Shown: positions 26,143 to 39,700 of the stretch, piece by piece
Numbering within the stretch: the stretch's first letter is position 1
How the letters are laid out: every line of letters starts with the position of its first letter
DNA from: Octopus vulgaris
Lineage: Eukaryota
Length of the DNA stretch: 64,000 bases
Assembly (NCBI GenBank): GCA_951406725.2
Contig: OX597815.1
Location: 95,976,001-96,040,000 of the forward strand
Direction of reading: 5' to 3'
Notes under the pieces: model-generated
What the model was told of the DNA's origin: nothing
Database searches by the model: none
The model's input: only the letters and a program-made list of their open reading frames with translations
Made by a program: the position numbers and the translations under genes

Positions 26143-27884
26143 CATTACTGTCTTCGGACGCATTATAATTATGCTAGGCCACTGATTCATATACATAGTA
26201 ATAAATAATATTAATTTCTACCCTCATTATTTAACTTTTATATATATAAACATATATACAGTTGTGTGTGTTAGTGTGTAATAGATATATATATGTATTT
26301 GTACATGTATGTGTATAAGTGTCTCTGTATGTAATGATAGATCGATTAATAAATGGGTAGATATTTAGCATTTGTACCTTATATTTCATTTTGCTGACAG
26401 CAATTTCGTGCATGTTATAATTGATGCGTTATGTAATCCTCCTGATTATACCTCTAGAACTACAACAAGAGCAGATAAGTGTAAAAGGATAATGGTTATG
26501 AAATATGAGTTTCTATAGTGAGTAGTTACAATCTACGTATATGAAGTCTAATTATCTTAACGTTTACTGCAAATACTTACGTGTATAGTAATTATATCTG
26601 CAAATGGATTTCAATAGTCAGTAGACTGTAAAATTAAATATGTAAACATACCAATAACTGCTGATGAGAATGTGCATGTTGCTTTGATATATTGATTATG
26701 GATGAATAGTATTTTGTCCGAGGCTGCTTAATTACAACTAACTTTGAAATATATAGATGATGTTTACACAAAAACTATTAATTATTGCGTATTCATAACG
26801 CTGCCCTTCTACCTGGCATTTTATACATGAGGTAATTCTCACACTAATTCTCTCGTTCAATATCTTTCCCTATCTGTTTCGCTCTCACAACACTGTCAAT
26901 CTATCTCTTTTCTCCTCCTCCACTCTCTTTATGAGTCTGGATTTTTCTGAATGAGCGAGTCACAGTGACCAGTGCGTCGGAATTGCAATTCGATTCTTGC
27001 AATAGACGGTTCGTTTTTCCTTTGAGAAAGTTTTATGATTTTAATTACCTCAAATATACAGTATTAACCTCGAATCGGAGCAACACCCTTGCACTTAAAT
27101 AGATTATTTTGGGAGAAGCAAAAGTTGACAGCAATGTTTTTGCCTGCTAATATATACTAAGTTCCTAAAAGCTATTAGCAACGCCGAGTTACGTGCTTCC
27201 AAGACCTTACCTTCCACTGTTCCCCAGTCAATTTTCGGTTGGTACTTACACAAAAATGTTCGATTAATTAATGCAGCAATCAACAAATACCCATCTAATG
27301 ATGCTTTCATTGCATTTTCAAATAGTACAATATAATTTGAGGGCAAATTGACTGTTATTTTTGCAGGCTGTTTGAGAGAATATGCCAAGATCCTCGCGTT
27401 GCTTTGAATTGTCATTATAAGAATATTGGGGCAATTATAATTTCTACGGGTATTTATATAACACTGTTGACCACCCACCCCCAATTCCCCTTTTGATTTA
27501 ACTAGGATGAATAACATATGAGTTACCAGAAAACTCCAATATCTTAGTTATAGTTCTGTGAAGTCTAGTATGAGTTGCTTTGTATGAAAGACTAATATAA
27601 ACATTAAATGAATGGATATATTTGATGCTATAGTTCTGTTTCAACGTGCTTCTTTCGAACGTTTTTTTTTATTTAACAGAAATTGATTCTCCTGTTGAAG
27701 ACGTTAGAATTCATTACGTTTCTATTTCATTTCAACCATTGATAATTCATGCAGGAAAGTGCTGTTATTATATTATCTTTTGTTGATACTAATGCTTTTG
27801 TTGTAGCTATATTTCATGTAAGCGTCCTAACCTGAGTCATTAATATATATATATATATATATATATGATACTATATATATATAT

Positions 27885-27996
<112 letters not shown>

Positions 27997-28746
27997 AGAT
28001 CAACAGCTGTCTTTTAATGTTATAATATAGAAACAGAAATGGAGTTCACATGTCATAAGTTGTGGTATTGTGCATGTTAAAACTAAATCTCAGGTTTTCA
28101 ATAGAAATACTTAGTTTAAGATGCGAAGTTCTCTATCCTACTTACTCTCTGTCTTTATCGTGTTTCTCAATCAGATGAAAAGCTGAGAAATAAACCACTT
28201 ATTTAGCAAATAACAAAAACATTTAACAATTCAACCGAAATGGATACATAGTTGCACGATATGTAGTGGAATAATCAAATAGACAACCATTTTCGTATAT
28301 TTAAAACACAAGTTCAGACATCTAACTATAGACATAAAGCAATGTTGCATCAAATCCACTGAAGCAGAATGACGCTCAACAAGATTAAAAATACCATTTT
28401 CAATAAATCAAAGGAAATTCAACGTTGATAAGTAATGGATGTTTAGCCAATTCATACAGTGACCCAAACATGTTAAACTGCTTTCTAACCTGGCTGGGTC
28501 ACAGTGAGCTCTGTATATGAAAGTTGAGTATAGAAAATACTTTGTTTTCGAAATTTATTTATGGATTTCCTTAAATTGTCTCTATATGAGATTTTCGGTC
28601 TCTCAGCCAGTTGGTACCCATCCACAAAACAGCACATTTTGGGACGAAGCCGCTATTCTCTTGTTCGACAAGATACATAGAGAAACTATTTATTTATTTA
28701 CATTATTTAACTTTGACGGATATTTGTCCTCATCTTGTTTGTTGCT

Positions 28747-28792
28747 AACACAACGTTGCGGCTTTTATACACCCCAGGCTTCATCAGGTGCC
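28747..28792 (-). ncRNA. Mutated hammerhead ribozyme motif
   Basis: GGCAC-CTGATGA-A-GCCTG..AAGCC-GCAAC-GTT-GTGTT; the core GAAA is changed to GCAA. Confidence 0.6.
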
Positions 28793-28844
28793 TTGGGGAA
28801 ATTTCGAACCTGGGTTCTCATTCCTAAGATATTTTATTTTATGT

Positions 28845-29943
28845 TTGACTTTTGCTTTACATTTATACAAGTTGGCTACAAGTCTTCCCCAGAGACCTCA
28901 AGAGACAACAATTTGGAAGTTCCTCTTGGGTTTATGCCTAGGGTGTCATATATTTGGTTTGTACATAGTCTTGTTCTAGAGAATGTTTAAAAAAACATAA
29001 GAAAATTGTGTTTGTTTTAAAACTTGAGATTACATAGAAAGTATTTTGCGTAGGATATGGACAGTTCCCATCAGCACTATCTTTTAAATTTGAGCCATTT
29101 TGGGGTTTCCTGGTATCTGAGCTAGAAAGAAATTAGCTTCTTTTGTTATCATTTCCAGGGCACCTATGACAACAGGTATTGTTTTAGTCTTCAGATTCCA
29201 CATTTTGCTAATTTCTATTTCAAGATCGTTATACTTGCTCAGTTTTTGGTAGAACTTAACAGATAGGTATTTATCGATTAGGACTGTCATATCAATGAGG
29301 AGGCATGATTTTTGTCTGAAGTCTTTCAATATGATGTCTGGCCTATTTGCATCTATCTTTCTGTCAGTTTGATTGGTGAAGTTCCAGAGGAGTAAGATGT
29401 GATCATTTTCAAGCACTGTAGGTGGTTTGTGTTCCCACTAGTTTTTACCATAGGGTAAGTCTAGTCTTTTGCAAATTACCCACTGAATATATTGTGCAGC
29501 TCTATCATGCCTGTTGAGATACTCTGTAGGCGCGAGACGACTGCATTTATAGACGACATTATCAATGGTTTCATTTTGTTATTGACATACACGATATGTT
29601 GGGCTACTGCCGTTCTTTAATATGTTGGCTTGGTAGTTTCTTGTAGGTAGGCATTGATGTTCAGCTGCTATGATAAACCCTTCTGTTTCAGATTTTTCCC
29701 AAAGGCCAGTAGCTATTGATGGGTAAGGATTTTGTCAACATCGGCATTATTCGTTCTCTTTGGGTATTTGTCATTGAGAGGTTTTTCTTGCCATTTATCG
29801 GTCAGAATATCTAAGGCAGCAGTTTTAGCACGGGTTTTCAAGAGCTTAGCTTTTTCTGCGCTTGTTTCTCATATGTCTAATTCCGGAATTTTTTGTATTT
29901 GGAATTCACTTAGATATTCCTTTGCCTGTTTTGTTACTGAGTA

Positions 29944-29945
<2 letters not shown>
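28845..29945 (-). mobile_element. R4/Dong-clade LINE 3' fragment, second family
   Basis: KSETEGFIIAA, RHDRAAQYIQW, RPDIILKD..LIDM..KLSKY, GTVHILRKILSM*; diverged from the 45-kb family. Confidence 0.88.
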
Positions 29946-29998
<53 letters not shown>

Positions 29999-30017
29999 GT
30001 TATTGTTATTGTTGTTA

Positions 30018-30090
<73 letters not shown>

Positions 30091-30206
30091 CATCATCCTC
30101 ATCATCACCATTATTCACGCCACTGCCTGGAATCAAATTCGGAATCTTGGCGTTAGTAGCCCGCGTTCTTAATCACTACGCCATATGCCCACGGGCATTT
30201 CCCCAA

Positions 30207-30252
30207 GACACCTGATGAAGACTGGCCGGTATATCAGCCGAAACGTTGTGTT
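30207..30252 (+). ncRNA. Minimal type I hammerhead ribozyme motif
   Basis: GACAC-CTGATGA-A-GACTG..CAGCC-GAAAC-GTT-GTGTT; stem I GACAC/GTGTT; palindromic AACGTT in place of stem III. Confidence 0.72.
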
Positions 30253-30691
30253 AACAACAAGCAAGATTTCGACAAATATCCGTCAATTGTAAATAATGTA
30301 AATAATGTTCCCAATTCCTCATTTCTTAAATATAGAACTGTAGAAATTATTTCTATCACAAAATAAAGACTATGTGTAAGCATTTAAAAGATGGCTACAT
30401 ATAAAAAATGTAATCCAAGATTATGTCTGAAAAGAAGAACACATATAATCATAGGTATGGTTTTCTAAAGTTAAGAAGGAATTTTAAAATGATTTGGGGG
30501 CATGAAGTTAGCAGAATTTTATATGATTTTAATTATTAATTAGGTCCATGAACTATATTAATTTCTTAAATCATATTGTTGAAATATTCGATTTTGTGTA
30601 ATTTATTAATAGATTTATTTGAAAGGAATGTTGGTTACGACTGACCTTGGTATATAAATCGGTGCATCTAATTTCGTAGTTGATGCCTAAA

Positions 30692-30744
<53 letters not shown>

Positions 30745-31124
30745 GTGTTTGTGTACAATGAATAACAAGATATTCCAAGAATGAAGAAATGAGCTTTAAC
30801 AAATATAGTCGGAGATTTTTGTTGCATTGGTAACAGAAAGAGCCGTAAAGCTTCGGAAGTTCGCCTTTCGTCAGTAGGATAAAAGAGACATAAAAATAGT
30901 GAGGAAGTGTAGGAATCAAACAGAAAAATAAAACAGCAGAATGTTAAAATGTTGTTTTAGCGAATGCGTTAAGAAGGGTGGAAAGGGCGGATATGTGAAT
31001 GGAGACATAAATGTGCGACTGTATCTGGAAGGAGGCATAATAAGAGAGTGACTATGCGCTTTTTAATATATTCCGTATATATATGCAGAGGTTTGTAAGT
31101 GTAGAAGTATAATGGAATAAGATA

Positions 31125-31164
31125 ATATTACACTTTGATCTTAGCCAAAAAGCTTAGAAGCGAT
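31125..31164 (-). pseudogene. U2: U2 snRNA 5' fragment (~40 nt)
   Basis: Minus strand ATCGCTTCTAAGCTTTTTGGCTAAGATCAAAGTGTAATAT matches the conserved U2 5' end ATCGCTTCTCGGCCTTTTGGCTAAGATCAAGTGTAGTAT. Confidence 0.85.
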
Positions 31165-32211
31165 GGCCTAGATTAATATGCGTTGTGTGTTGGCAAATGT
31201 GTTATCGCTTCATAGGAGTAATACTGTGTGTCTACGAGGAAGGGAGAGAATCTATGCATGTGCGAAAAAACGATAGTCGTATGGCATACAGGATAGCAGG
31301 ATTAGTGATTCACGTGTTAAATATGTATGTGCAGAATTTTGACAAAATTAACTTGAAACAGATAAACAAGGACAAAACTCTAATACTAACTGTGAGAAAA
31401 ATTATAAGAGAGAAAACGAGACAAAATGTCAGAAGTCTGTGAACACTAGGAAAAGTTGATACTAGTGGGGGGTCACTAAAAACGTAGATCACAAAGGAGT
31501 GGATACAGTTCAAATGATTTATATCACTCATACACAACAATTCACACAGACAAACACACAAAGAACATGCATATTTTTGTTAGCGGAGTTAATATTGCTA
31601 ATAACATCAGTGGATGTATGAGTTGCGGAAGTAGTCGGTTTGGAAGGGGCAGCGATAGTACCGTTGATATATGTTACAGCGTTGAAGTTGCAATTCAACG
31701 CAAAGAGATCATAAAGAAGTAGCACAACTAGCAACAGCAGACATATTGCGTAGAATAATTTTCCTACAAGACATAAAGGAAACTCAGAAAAAATAGCTCA
31801 AAAGGTACACATAACCTCACGACTTTGAACACTTTACCTGCACATGTAATATCTGCTCTTATATGCAAACACACACACGCACGCACACAAAGCATATATG
31901 TATACATAAAGGCAACATTATATCCAAAGTAATGTGGATTATTTCTTAGAAACCTGAATACGACGGTATACACCTTCAGAGGTACTCCTATATAGGGTCG
32001 TGGTGCATGAAAGCACGCACGGACAGAAATACAAATGCACACACACACTCACATAACCATAATTGTGCGTGTGTGTGTATATATAATTCTATATTCTTCT
32101 GAGACGGAAATCGTTTGCTAAGGGTATCACACATATACATTATATGTATACGCACATATATATATATGTAATGGATATGTATATGTATATGTCTATGTAT
32201 ATGTATGTATG

Positions 32212-32290
<79 letters not shown>

Positions 32291-32293
<3 letters not shown>

Positions 32294-33720
32294 TGGCGGC
32301 CAAAATGTTCAGAACGGCATTGTTTTCGTCAGAAAAGTAGATATAATTTTTTATCAAAGTTGTTTTGTTTTCTATAATTTTCACAGACAATAAATATGAT
32401 ATTATTTGTTATTGCCTGAGATTTTGGTGTAATGTGAGAGGATAATACAAAAGTTATGGATGATTTAGCGGTTTACTGCAAAACATATGGCGGCCAAAAA
32501 GATCAGAACGGTTGCTTTTACTCTGTGTTCTAGTATATTTAACCGGCGAACTCTAATGTTTTGAATTTCTTTACGTGACGGTTCGTTTACTAAACATTAG
32601 TAAGAATATTTGCAGTGTACTTTGTTAATATAATGCCATTTACTCCGTTACCAATTCGTCAGCAGATTATTAAGCTTCGAAGGAAGGATAATTTAAGTAT
32701 TGGATCTATTGCAAAGATTGTTAACAAGTCAAAAAGTGTTGTACACGGTATTCTTAAGGTTTACGATGATTGTGGTTCGTGTGAAGCAAGAAAGTTTACA
32801 GGTAGGCCAAGGAAAACGACCAAGAGAGAAGATCGTGCTATGGTAAAGTTGGTTAAAAAGGACAGATTTAAAACTGCTGCTGCTGTTTCTCGGAAAATGA
32901 GCATTGTATTGAAGAAAACTTTACCGCGAAAAACTGTGTCTCGTCGTTTAGTTGAACATGACCTACAAGCAAGAGCACCTGCAGTGAAGCCACTGATCAG
33001 CTACAAGAATAAGAAGTGTCGTCTTACCTTTGCAACCGAACATGTGTTGTGGTCTCAAGAAAAATGGCAAACGGTGCATTTCAGTGATGCATCTAAGTTT
33101 ATGTTATTTGGCTCAGATGGGAAAAGGTACGTTCGTAAAAAAGTAGGTGAAAAATTGTCGCCTAAATGCCTTAAGACTAGTGTTAAATTCAGTGGAGGAA
33201 GTGTCATGGTTTGGGGGATTATATCTGGAGATGGTGTGGGCCCTTTGGTGCGATTACATGGAAAGGTAAATGCAGGAGGTTATAAACAACTTGTAAAAGA
33301 TCATGTCTTGCCTGTGCTGAGAAATTCAACTAAGCGACCACCCATAGTCATGCAGGACAATTCCGCATGTCACAAGGCTAAGGTGGTCATGAACTTCCTC
33401 AAGGCTGAAAAGGTCATTGTTATGGATTGGCCTGCTCAAAGCCCATATATCAATCCTATTGAAAGTGTATGGAATATTCTAGGAGAACGTTCGAAAGCCA
33501 GAAATCCTAAAACAACTGAGCCATTATGGAATGCCCTTCAGGAAGAATGGAATAAGATCACTCAGCAAGAAATTGAAAATTTAATTTCCTCATGCAGTTG
33601 AAGATGTCAGAGTGTGATTGAAGCTAAAGGGCTTCACACTAAATATTAAATAATTCCAGTATTCTCTGTCATTTTTTCCACAGCTGTCAAAACTTGACTC
33701 TAAAACCACATCAAATATTT
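32291..33720 (+). mobile_element. Tc1-family DNA transposon (IR/DR type), right TIR not found
   Basis: TA|CAGTGGCGGCCAAAATGTTCAGAACGG left end; inner direct repeat TGGCGGCCAAAAAGATCAGAACGG near 32488. Confidence 0.9.
32633..33649 (+). pseudogene. Tc1 DD34E transposase with one premature stop 16 codons before the end
   Basis: GRPRK, FSDASKF, QDNSACH...NPIE with 34 residues between D and E; TGA at 33599-33601 followed in frame by RCQSVIEAKGLHTKY*. Confidence 0.92.
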
Positions 33721-33777
33721 ATACAGTACCAGGAGAGAACACAAAGAGACAAAATAAACTAGCAGAAATGATTGGAA

Positions 33778-33835
33778 ATTCCAGATCCCGGATTTCTGGA
33801 TTTGCATATGGAATGATTTTCCTCATCAGTGGAAT
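33778..33835 (-). ncRNA. Type I hammerhead ribozyme motif
   Basis: ATTCCA-CTGATGA-GGA..TCC-A-GAAAT-CCGGG-ATC-TGGAAT; 6-bp stem I, AUC triplet, extra A before GAAA. Confidence 0.7.
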
Positions 33836-33914
33836 ATACGCAAAATAGTACATAAATACATACATACATACGCGCGCGCGCACACACACACACAAAAACA
33901 CACACACACTCACA

Positions 33915-33969
<55 letters not shown>

Positions 33970-34057
33970 AAGATAGATATAGATATATACACATATATAT
34001 ATATACGCAGATATATATGTATATATATATATTAATATATTTGCTTGTATACATATG

Positions 34058-34098
<41 letters not shown>

Positions 34099-37000
34099 AA
34101 TGCAGATAGGAATCAATATTTAGATATTCAATTATTATGCTATACTAGACAGGATCTGTTTCCTGTTGTCTTATTCGGTGACATTATTCAATGTAAGAGT
34201 GCCTGGTACTATTAATTTAATCATCATTGTCTTCAGTAATAATTAATTGTATTAATGTAATTCAACTTGGTTCTGCATAATTAAATATCTACATTTGCTC
34301 CTTCATCTATAATTTGTTCATATAATATAACTGCAGCGCGTAGCAATCTTTCGAGAATTTGTGGTGTACTTAGCGTAATAAGATCATCGTGTGTAGGAAT
34401 CTGGCTCGAGTGTGGCCGGTAACTAACTAATCAGGAAGTCTGGACACACTTATAGCAACACACATACGCACAGACATATTCACACATACACATACAGGTA
34501 TATCATTCAACGTACACAGTGTAAAGATACGAGTTATTAATATTTGTTGTATTAAACACACAGGTTTAGATAAATTTTTATATCACTCCTTGTGTCTCTA
34601 AGCAATTTCGTTTTCTGAGCACGTTGTCTGTTCATTCTATATATCAGAACTTGGAGAAAAAATCAAAAATAAAAATGCATGTCGATGAAAAAACAGGGAA
34701 GCCTGAACTGTTCAATGTGTTGATGGGATCATGCGACAGTGGGGACAACTGCAATCTTGTTGGTCTCTTTATATTAAATTAAATACAGTGAGATACAAGA
34801 GAATCAAGCACCAATCGTGCAATGGTGGGCTATACCTAGACAATGGATAGGGAGTATCTCATGACTGTGATTTGCATATTCTCAATAAATTTCGTAAGAA
34901 TGTCAGTGATATTTCTACACATATTGACCTCAAATACATTATTAGTAGCAGCCTGCTGACTGCCAATTTTTAACAATATTTCTCTAGATCTAAAACTCCT
35001 GCCCGTACTATAAACCAAACAAGAGACTCAACCACATACACATACAGTTCGGTCACACTTTACAGTGATTAAAACCGGGCAGCTTGCATCAGTGATAGCA
35101 TATCTATCTTCTAAAGATATATTTGATAACGCAGTCCCCTACAATAACAATGCCATAGGTAAGATCATCTTGAAAGAATGACAAGATAATTTACAACTAT
35201 TCAAGTCATATATGAATCATATGAAAACTATACCAAAATAGAGCTCTCAAAAATAGACCTGAAAATATATATAGGAACATAATATATGTTTCTCCTTTTC
35301 TTTTTAAACTAGCGCAGGAAATATATTTATGTCACTTTTAGATAAGCATTTCCCAGTACACCACCTAATTCACGAAGTATTTCAACACATGCTCAATTAA
35401 ATTATCATAGAACTGCTTCTCAAATATGAAGGATATCATCTCTCTTGTAAGCACCACCAAAATTCTAAACAGTTGTAATTTACGTAACACTGAACCATAC
35501 CCACTTGACTATGCAAATATGATAAACTCCATCGTTTATGAGGCAGATGTTATTGTAAAGCTTTAAGATAAGCTAATCGCGAAGAAAAAGTACACCGGGC
35601 CATACAAATGCGATTTCAAATGACGTTATGCGAACCAACTGTTTTCTTTCCGGCATATCGACAAAATTAACTGCCCTAAGTTGAGGTCCAAGTATAACAC
35701 GCATACAAGCGAGTAGTGATTCGTAAAAAAATCATGCTATATGTTAATGGATGTAAGAAGTGCATGCATAAATGAAAGATTGCACAATCCTTTTAGATCT
35801 AAGATCTCTGTCATACAGCCGAATTTCAGATACAATATTTTCCTATAAATGCAAATATATGGACAAATTTCTTTTACCTACTTATCGGGGTTCACCCTCT
35901 TCAGTTTCAGCTGATGTCTCACAGATTTCGATTTACTCTCCTTTGAGTTATTCTTAAATATGTACGGCTATATTTTATTCCTGGCTTTATTTTTCCTTTC
36001 CCGTTTTTATTAATCTACCTTCCCATTTTTTTCTAGTAAAATTGTTATTTTTTCGTTTTAAAATTCACTGAAATATTTCTCTCTCTCTCTGTGACGTTTT
36101 TTATACACACCATTCAAAAAATATATTTCTTTAATGTGGTATGCAATTCAGCATGGAATTATCGGCTATTCATTAAAACCCAAATGATAATCTATTGAAT
36201 ATTGCAGAACTAACGACCCTCTCACGGCATCCCATTGGAAACACTGTGCACATTACTTTGGAAATATTGTACACATTGCTGTACAACTAGCTTCAGCTTC
36301 ATGCTTCCCTTCCTTGCATTATTGACAGTGAACTGCAATTCTGCTGTGGCGGTATAATGACAAGAAAGACATAATAGAATTGCATTCACACATACACACA
36401 CAGTTATACACACAAGAACTTTCTCATACAGTTACACTTAATGCATCTCAGACTATATTGGATAAAATATAATAAAAACGCTAAACGAATTGACGTTATA
36501 CGTGGGAATTATTTTCTAGCATAGAGTTGTGAACTTGTAATACAAGCACAATTAAATATAATAGACATGGTTAAGCATCCGATGTATTTACAGAGGTGTT
36601 GATGTACTCTCCGTGCATTTAATAACTTTTGAAAATATACACCATATCAAACACACTCTGATCTAAAATTATGATAAAATTACATCATAAATTTCAGCAG
36701 AATATAATGTCATTTTAGAACATCACGCATGCTATATCAATTGATTTTGCACACAAATAGACGTGCATAGTTGCCATTAATTTCGCATGATCAGTTGTTG
36801 TAAAAATGAGGTACATGAGGATTTATCTAGGATAACGGTGCTCAAAAAATTGCTTCATACATTCGGTGCTTTCTCTAGAATTCCCTTGAACCTTCACTCA
36901 TGAAGCATTTAAGATAGTAAAACATGATGTCAACATCTCTTCTCTTCGTTTTACCAATGTGGTACAAATGAGCATTATTCTCAAAATTTTCGTAAAATTA

Positions 37001-38615
37001 AAATTGAATACTAAGACGTTCTCTGCTTCTACTATTTATTAAGAGACTTCTTGAAAGCCAGTTTCCACATCTCTAGTTCTTTAATCGATAATATGGTACA
37101 AAGCCGTTGTATTAATTCTTCCAAATCTGCATTGGCTTGCTACATTTTCTGTTCGTTGCCATTGATAATTAATAGACATATTTGGTCGTCGAATTCCAAG
37201 AATGCATAGCATGCTCCTGTTGAAAGTTAGTTTGAAATAGAGAAAGTTTGACCATCATACAGTGATATTTTTCCTATTAAAAGTGTGGCGAAAAGGACTC
37301 CAGTCCCAGCTACTTCTATTTTGGTGGTACCTAGTATAGGTCATTGTGCCGGTTTAGAGACTACTACAGAGCGTAAGCATTAGGACCGTGTGAGAGAAGT
37401 GTTAGAAAGTAAACATTATAATATATTTTCTCATATAATACAAAAGGAAAGGAGGTCGCTACAGAATAAATGATTATCGTATGACATTCATTAGCATACA
37501 GCTGTTTCTACTATAAGATACTGTGAACTCATAGTTGAGTGTCTCAGCAACACCATTGAATTTCATTGGAGCATCAAGAATGAAGTGCAATTTATTTGAG
37601 AAAACTTTTACACTTATGCATATACACCGTTACCCTCACATATATATGCATACATGTAAAAATATAGATTTAAATAATAAAATATATTATAAATTTTTTA
37701 AAATTATTAGGTGTATATTTGGTTTTTGTATCTGGTTTGCTAGATACTTCAAGTGAATTCGTATGTTGAAATAATTTTCTTGCGTCTAGAAAGTGTCATG
37801 TCAATGTTATTAACACGCACTGGTACAATTCCACTCCTTTATTATTGGTTAAATATCCAACTAACTAACCGATTGCTTGCCTAATTTGGTTAAACTTAAA
37901 TCATTTTTGTTTTTGTTTGTCAAAGCACTTTCGTTGCTACTTACAACCTTTTTTAAAATCTTTTGATTTTATCTATACCATTCCCTAATTTGTGATTTTA
38001 TTCGCATGCATAGCAACCCAAGCTGCTAATCGTAAGCTATAATATAATGCAATAAAAAATCCTTCTACGTCGGTGAGCCACTATTGTTTGTGAAAATTGT
38101 TTCTGATACCTACACCGTGGTCCCTGGATCTTACTTTTACACACACACACACCACACAGACACACGCGCATACACACACATACACACACACACATTCACA
38201 CACTTACACACACATGTTATTAATCTTGGTGCAAGGCTATCGTGAATTGATCGAGTTTTACATGAAAATTTAGTTAAAGTTTTCCTTTATGATGCCTAGT
38301 CCCGAATAACATTAATGTTAGCTAAAGAAACCTGAATTTCAACTACCTTATGTAGGAGTGTGTTGCAAGTATGTGTATATGTACTTATGTTCCTACATAT
38401 AGGTTATGAGAGTTAATGGTATCAGTAAGACCCAAAGGTGTCAGGTACTGGTGAGTAAGTGCAATGGGTAGACCATAGTTAAGATCCAGGTTCGGTGATT
38501 ATGCAAATAAGTAGTCTAATGTAGGTAATATATGTGTCTGTGTATATATTTTTCCAGAATGAAATAAAAAACCAAGGCTGTGAACATATATAAATAGGTC
38601 TTACAGCTATTTCTA

Positions 38616-38712
<97 letters not shown>

Positions 38713-38778
38713 AATGTTTATATATATATGTGTGTATTTGTGTATGTGTCTATACATATATAATATATATATAATGCA

Positions 38779-38819
<41 letters not shown>

Positions 38820-38836
38820 AATATAAATATATATGT

Positions 38837-38876
<40 letters not shown>

Positions 38877-39644
38877 GCCCTAAAGCATATATAATACATA
38901 TATAAGTTTAAGTATCTACGTCGCCAAACACGCACGCACTCCTAAAGACATACATAGGTAACTACACACATATATATGCATGTATGCATGCACATGCAAT
39001 TTTCTTGGAGCATTGCGGCTAAATGACAACTTACTTTTCTATATTAAAATACTCCATATCTGTTATGCTATGAGATTTAAAAGAAAAATCACGATATTTA
39101 TTTTTTCAAAATTCTGAATAAAAGATGTCTACATTTTTACCATTGCCCATGGCTTTACATGAAATCTAATAAGTATCAACGATAAGAAAAACATATATAA
39201 CATCAAGATAGAGCACCAAATATTTCATGTAATGATATTTGATGTTGGTGACAAAGTGCGATAATCAATAGAAAGTGTGATAAACATACGGAGATGCAGT
39301 ACATTTTCCCCCAACGGGGTTCACATGTATATCTACTTTTATGTTAATTTTTCTGAAATAGTTGTTGGCAAATTTTGTAAATGTCATCATATATAACATG
39401 ACATTTTGAAATATTTCCTATATTCTAGCAATAAACCTCTCTATGTGGACGACTTGTATATATATACTGTATGTATATGTATATATGTATATATATATAT
39501 ATGTATGTATATGTATATAAACAAATAAATATGTATATATATATATATATACATGCATATATATATACATATTTACGGACTCATAATCACTCAACACTCA
39601 CACTTACACACTTACACACGCATACACACACACACACACACACG

Positions 39645-39700
<56 letters not shown>

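Larger units (their letters stand above)
28690..30340 (-). mobile_element. Composite tRNA-head/(TAA)n/hammerhead retroelement with inverted terminal copy, interrupted by an R4 LINE
   Basis: Minus strand: tRNA-like head 30196-30112, (TAA)n, R4 insertion, tail 28835-28690 with hammerhead; plus-strand inverted copy of the tail at 30198-30306. Confidence 0.7.

Noticed and set aside
27104-27517. 137-aa minus-strand ORF with GTAAG donor-like sites
   Set aside because: No recognisable domain or consistent exon structure; could arise by chance.
30112-30196. tRNA gene
   Set aside because: It has A/B-box-like motifs but a mutated T-loop and no convincing acceptor stem; a SINE-type head. The same applies to 24375-24450.
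30838-30882. Minus-strand CCTA-CTGACGA..CCGAAGCTTTACGG hammerhead-like motif (a similar weak one near 49965-50025)
   Set aside because: Too many core and stem defects to call from a single copy.
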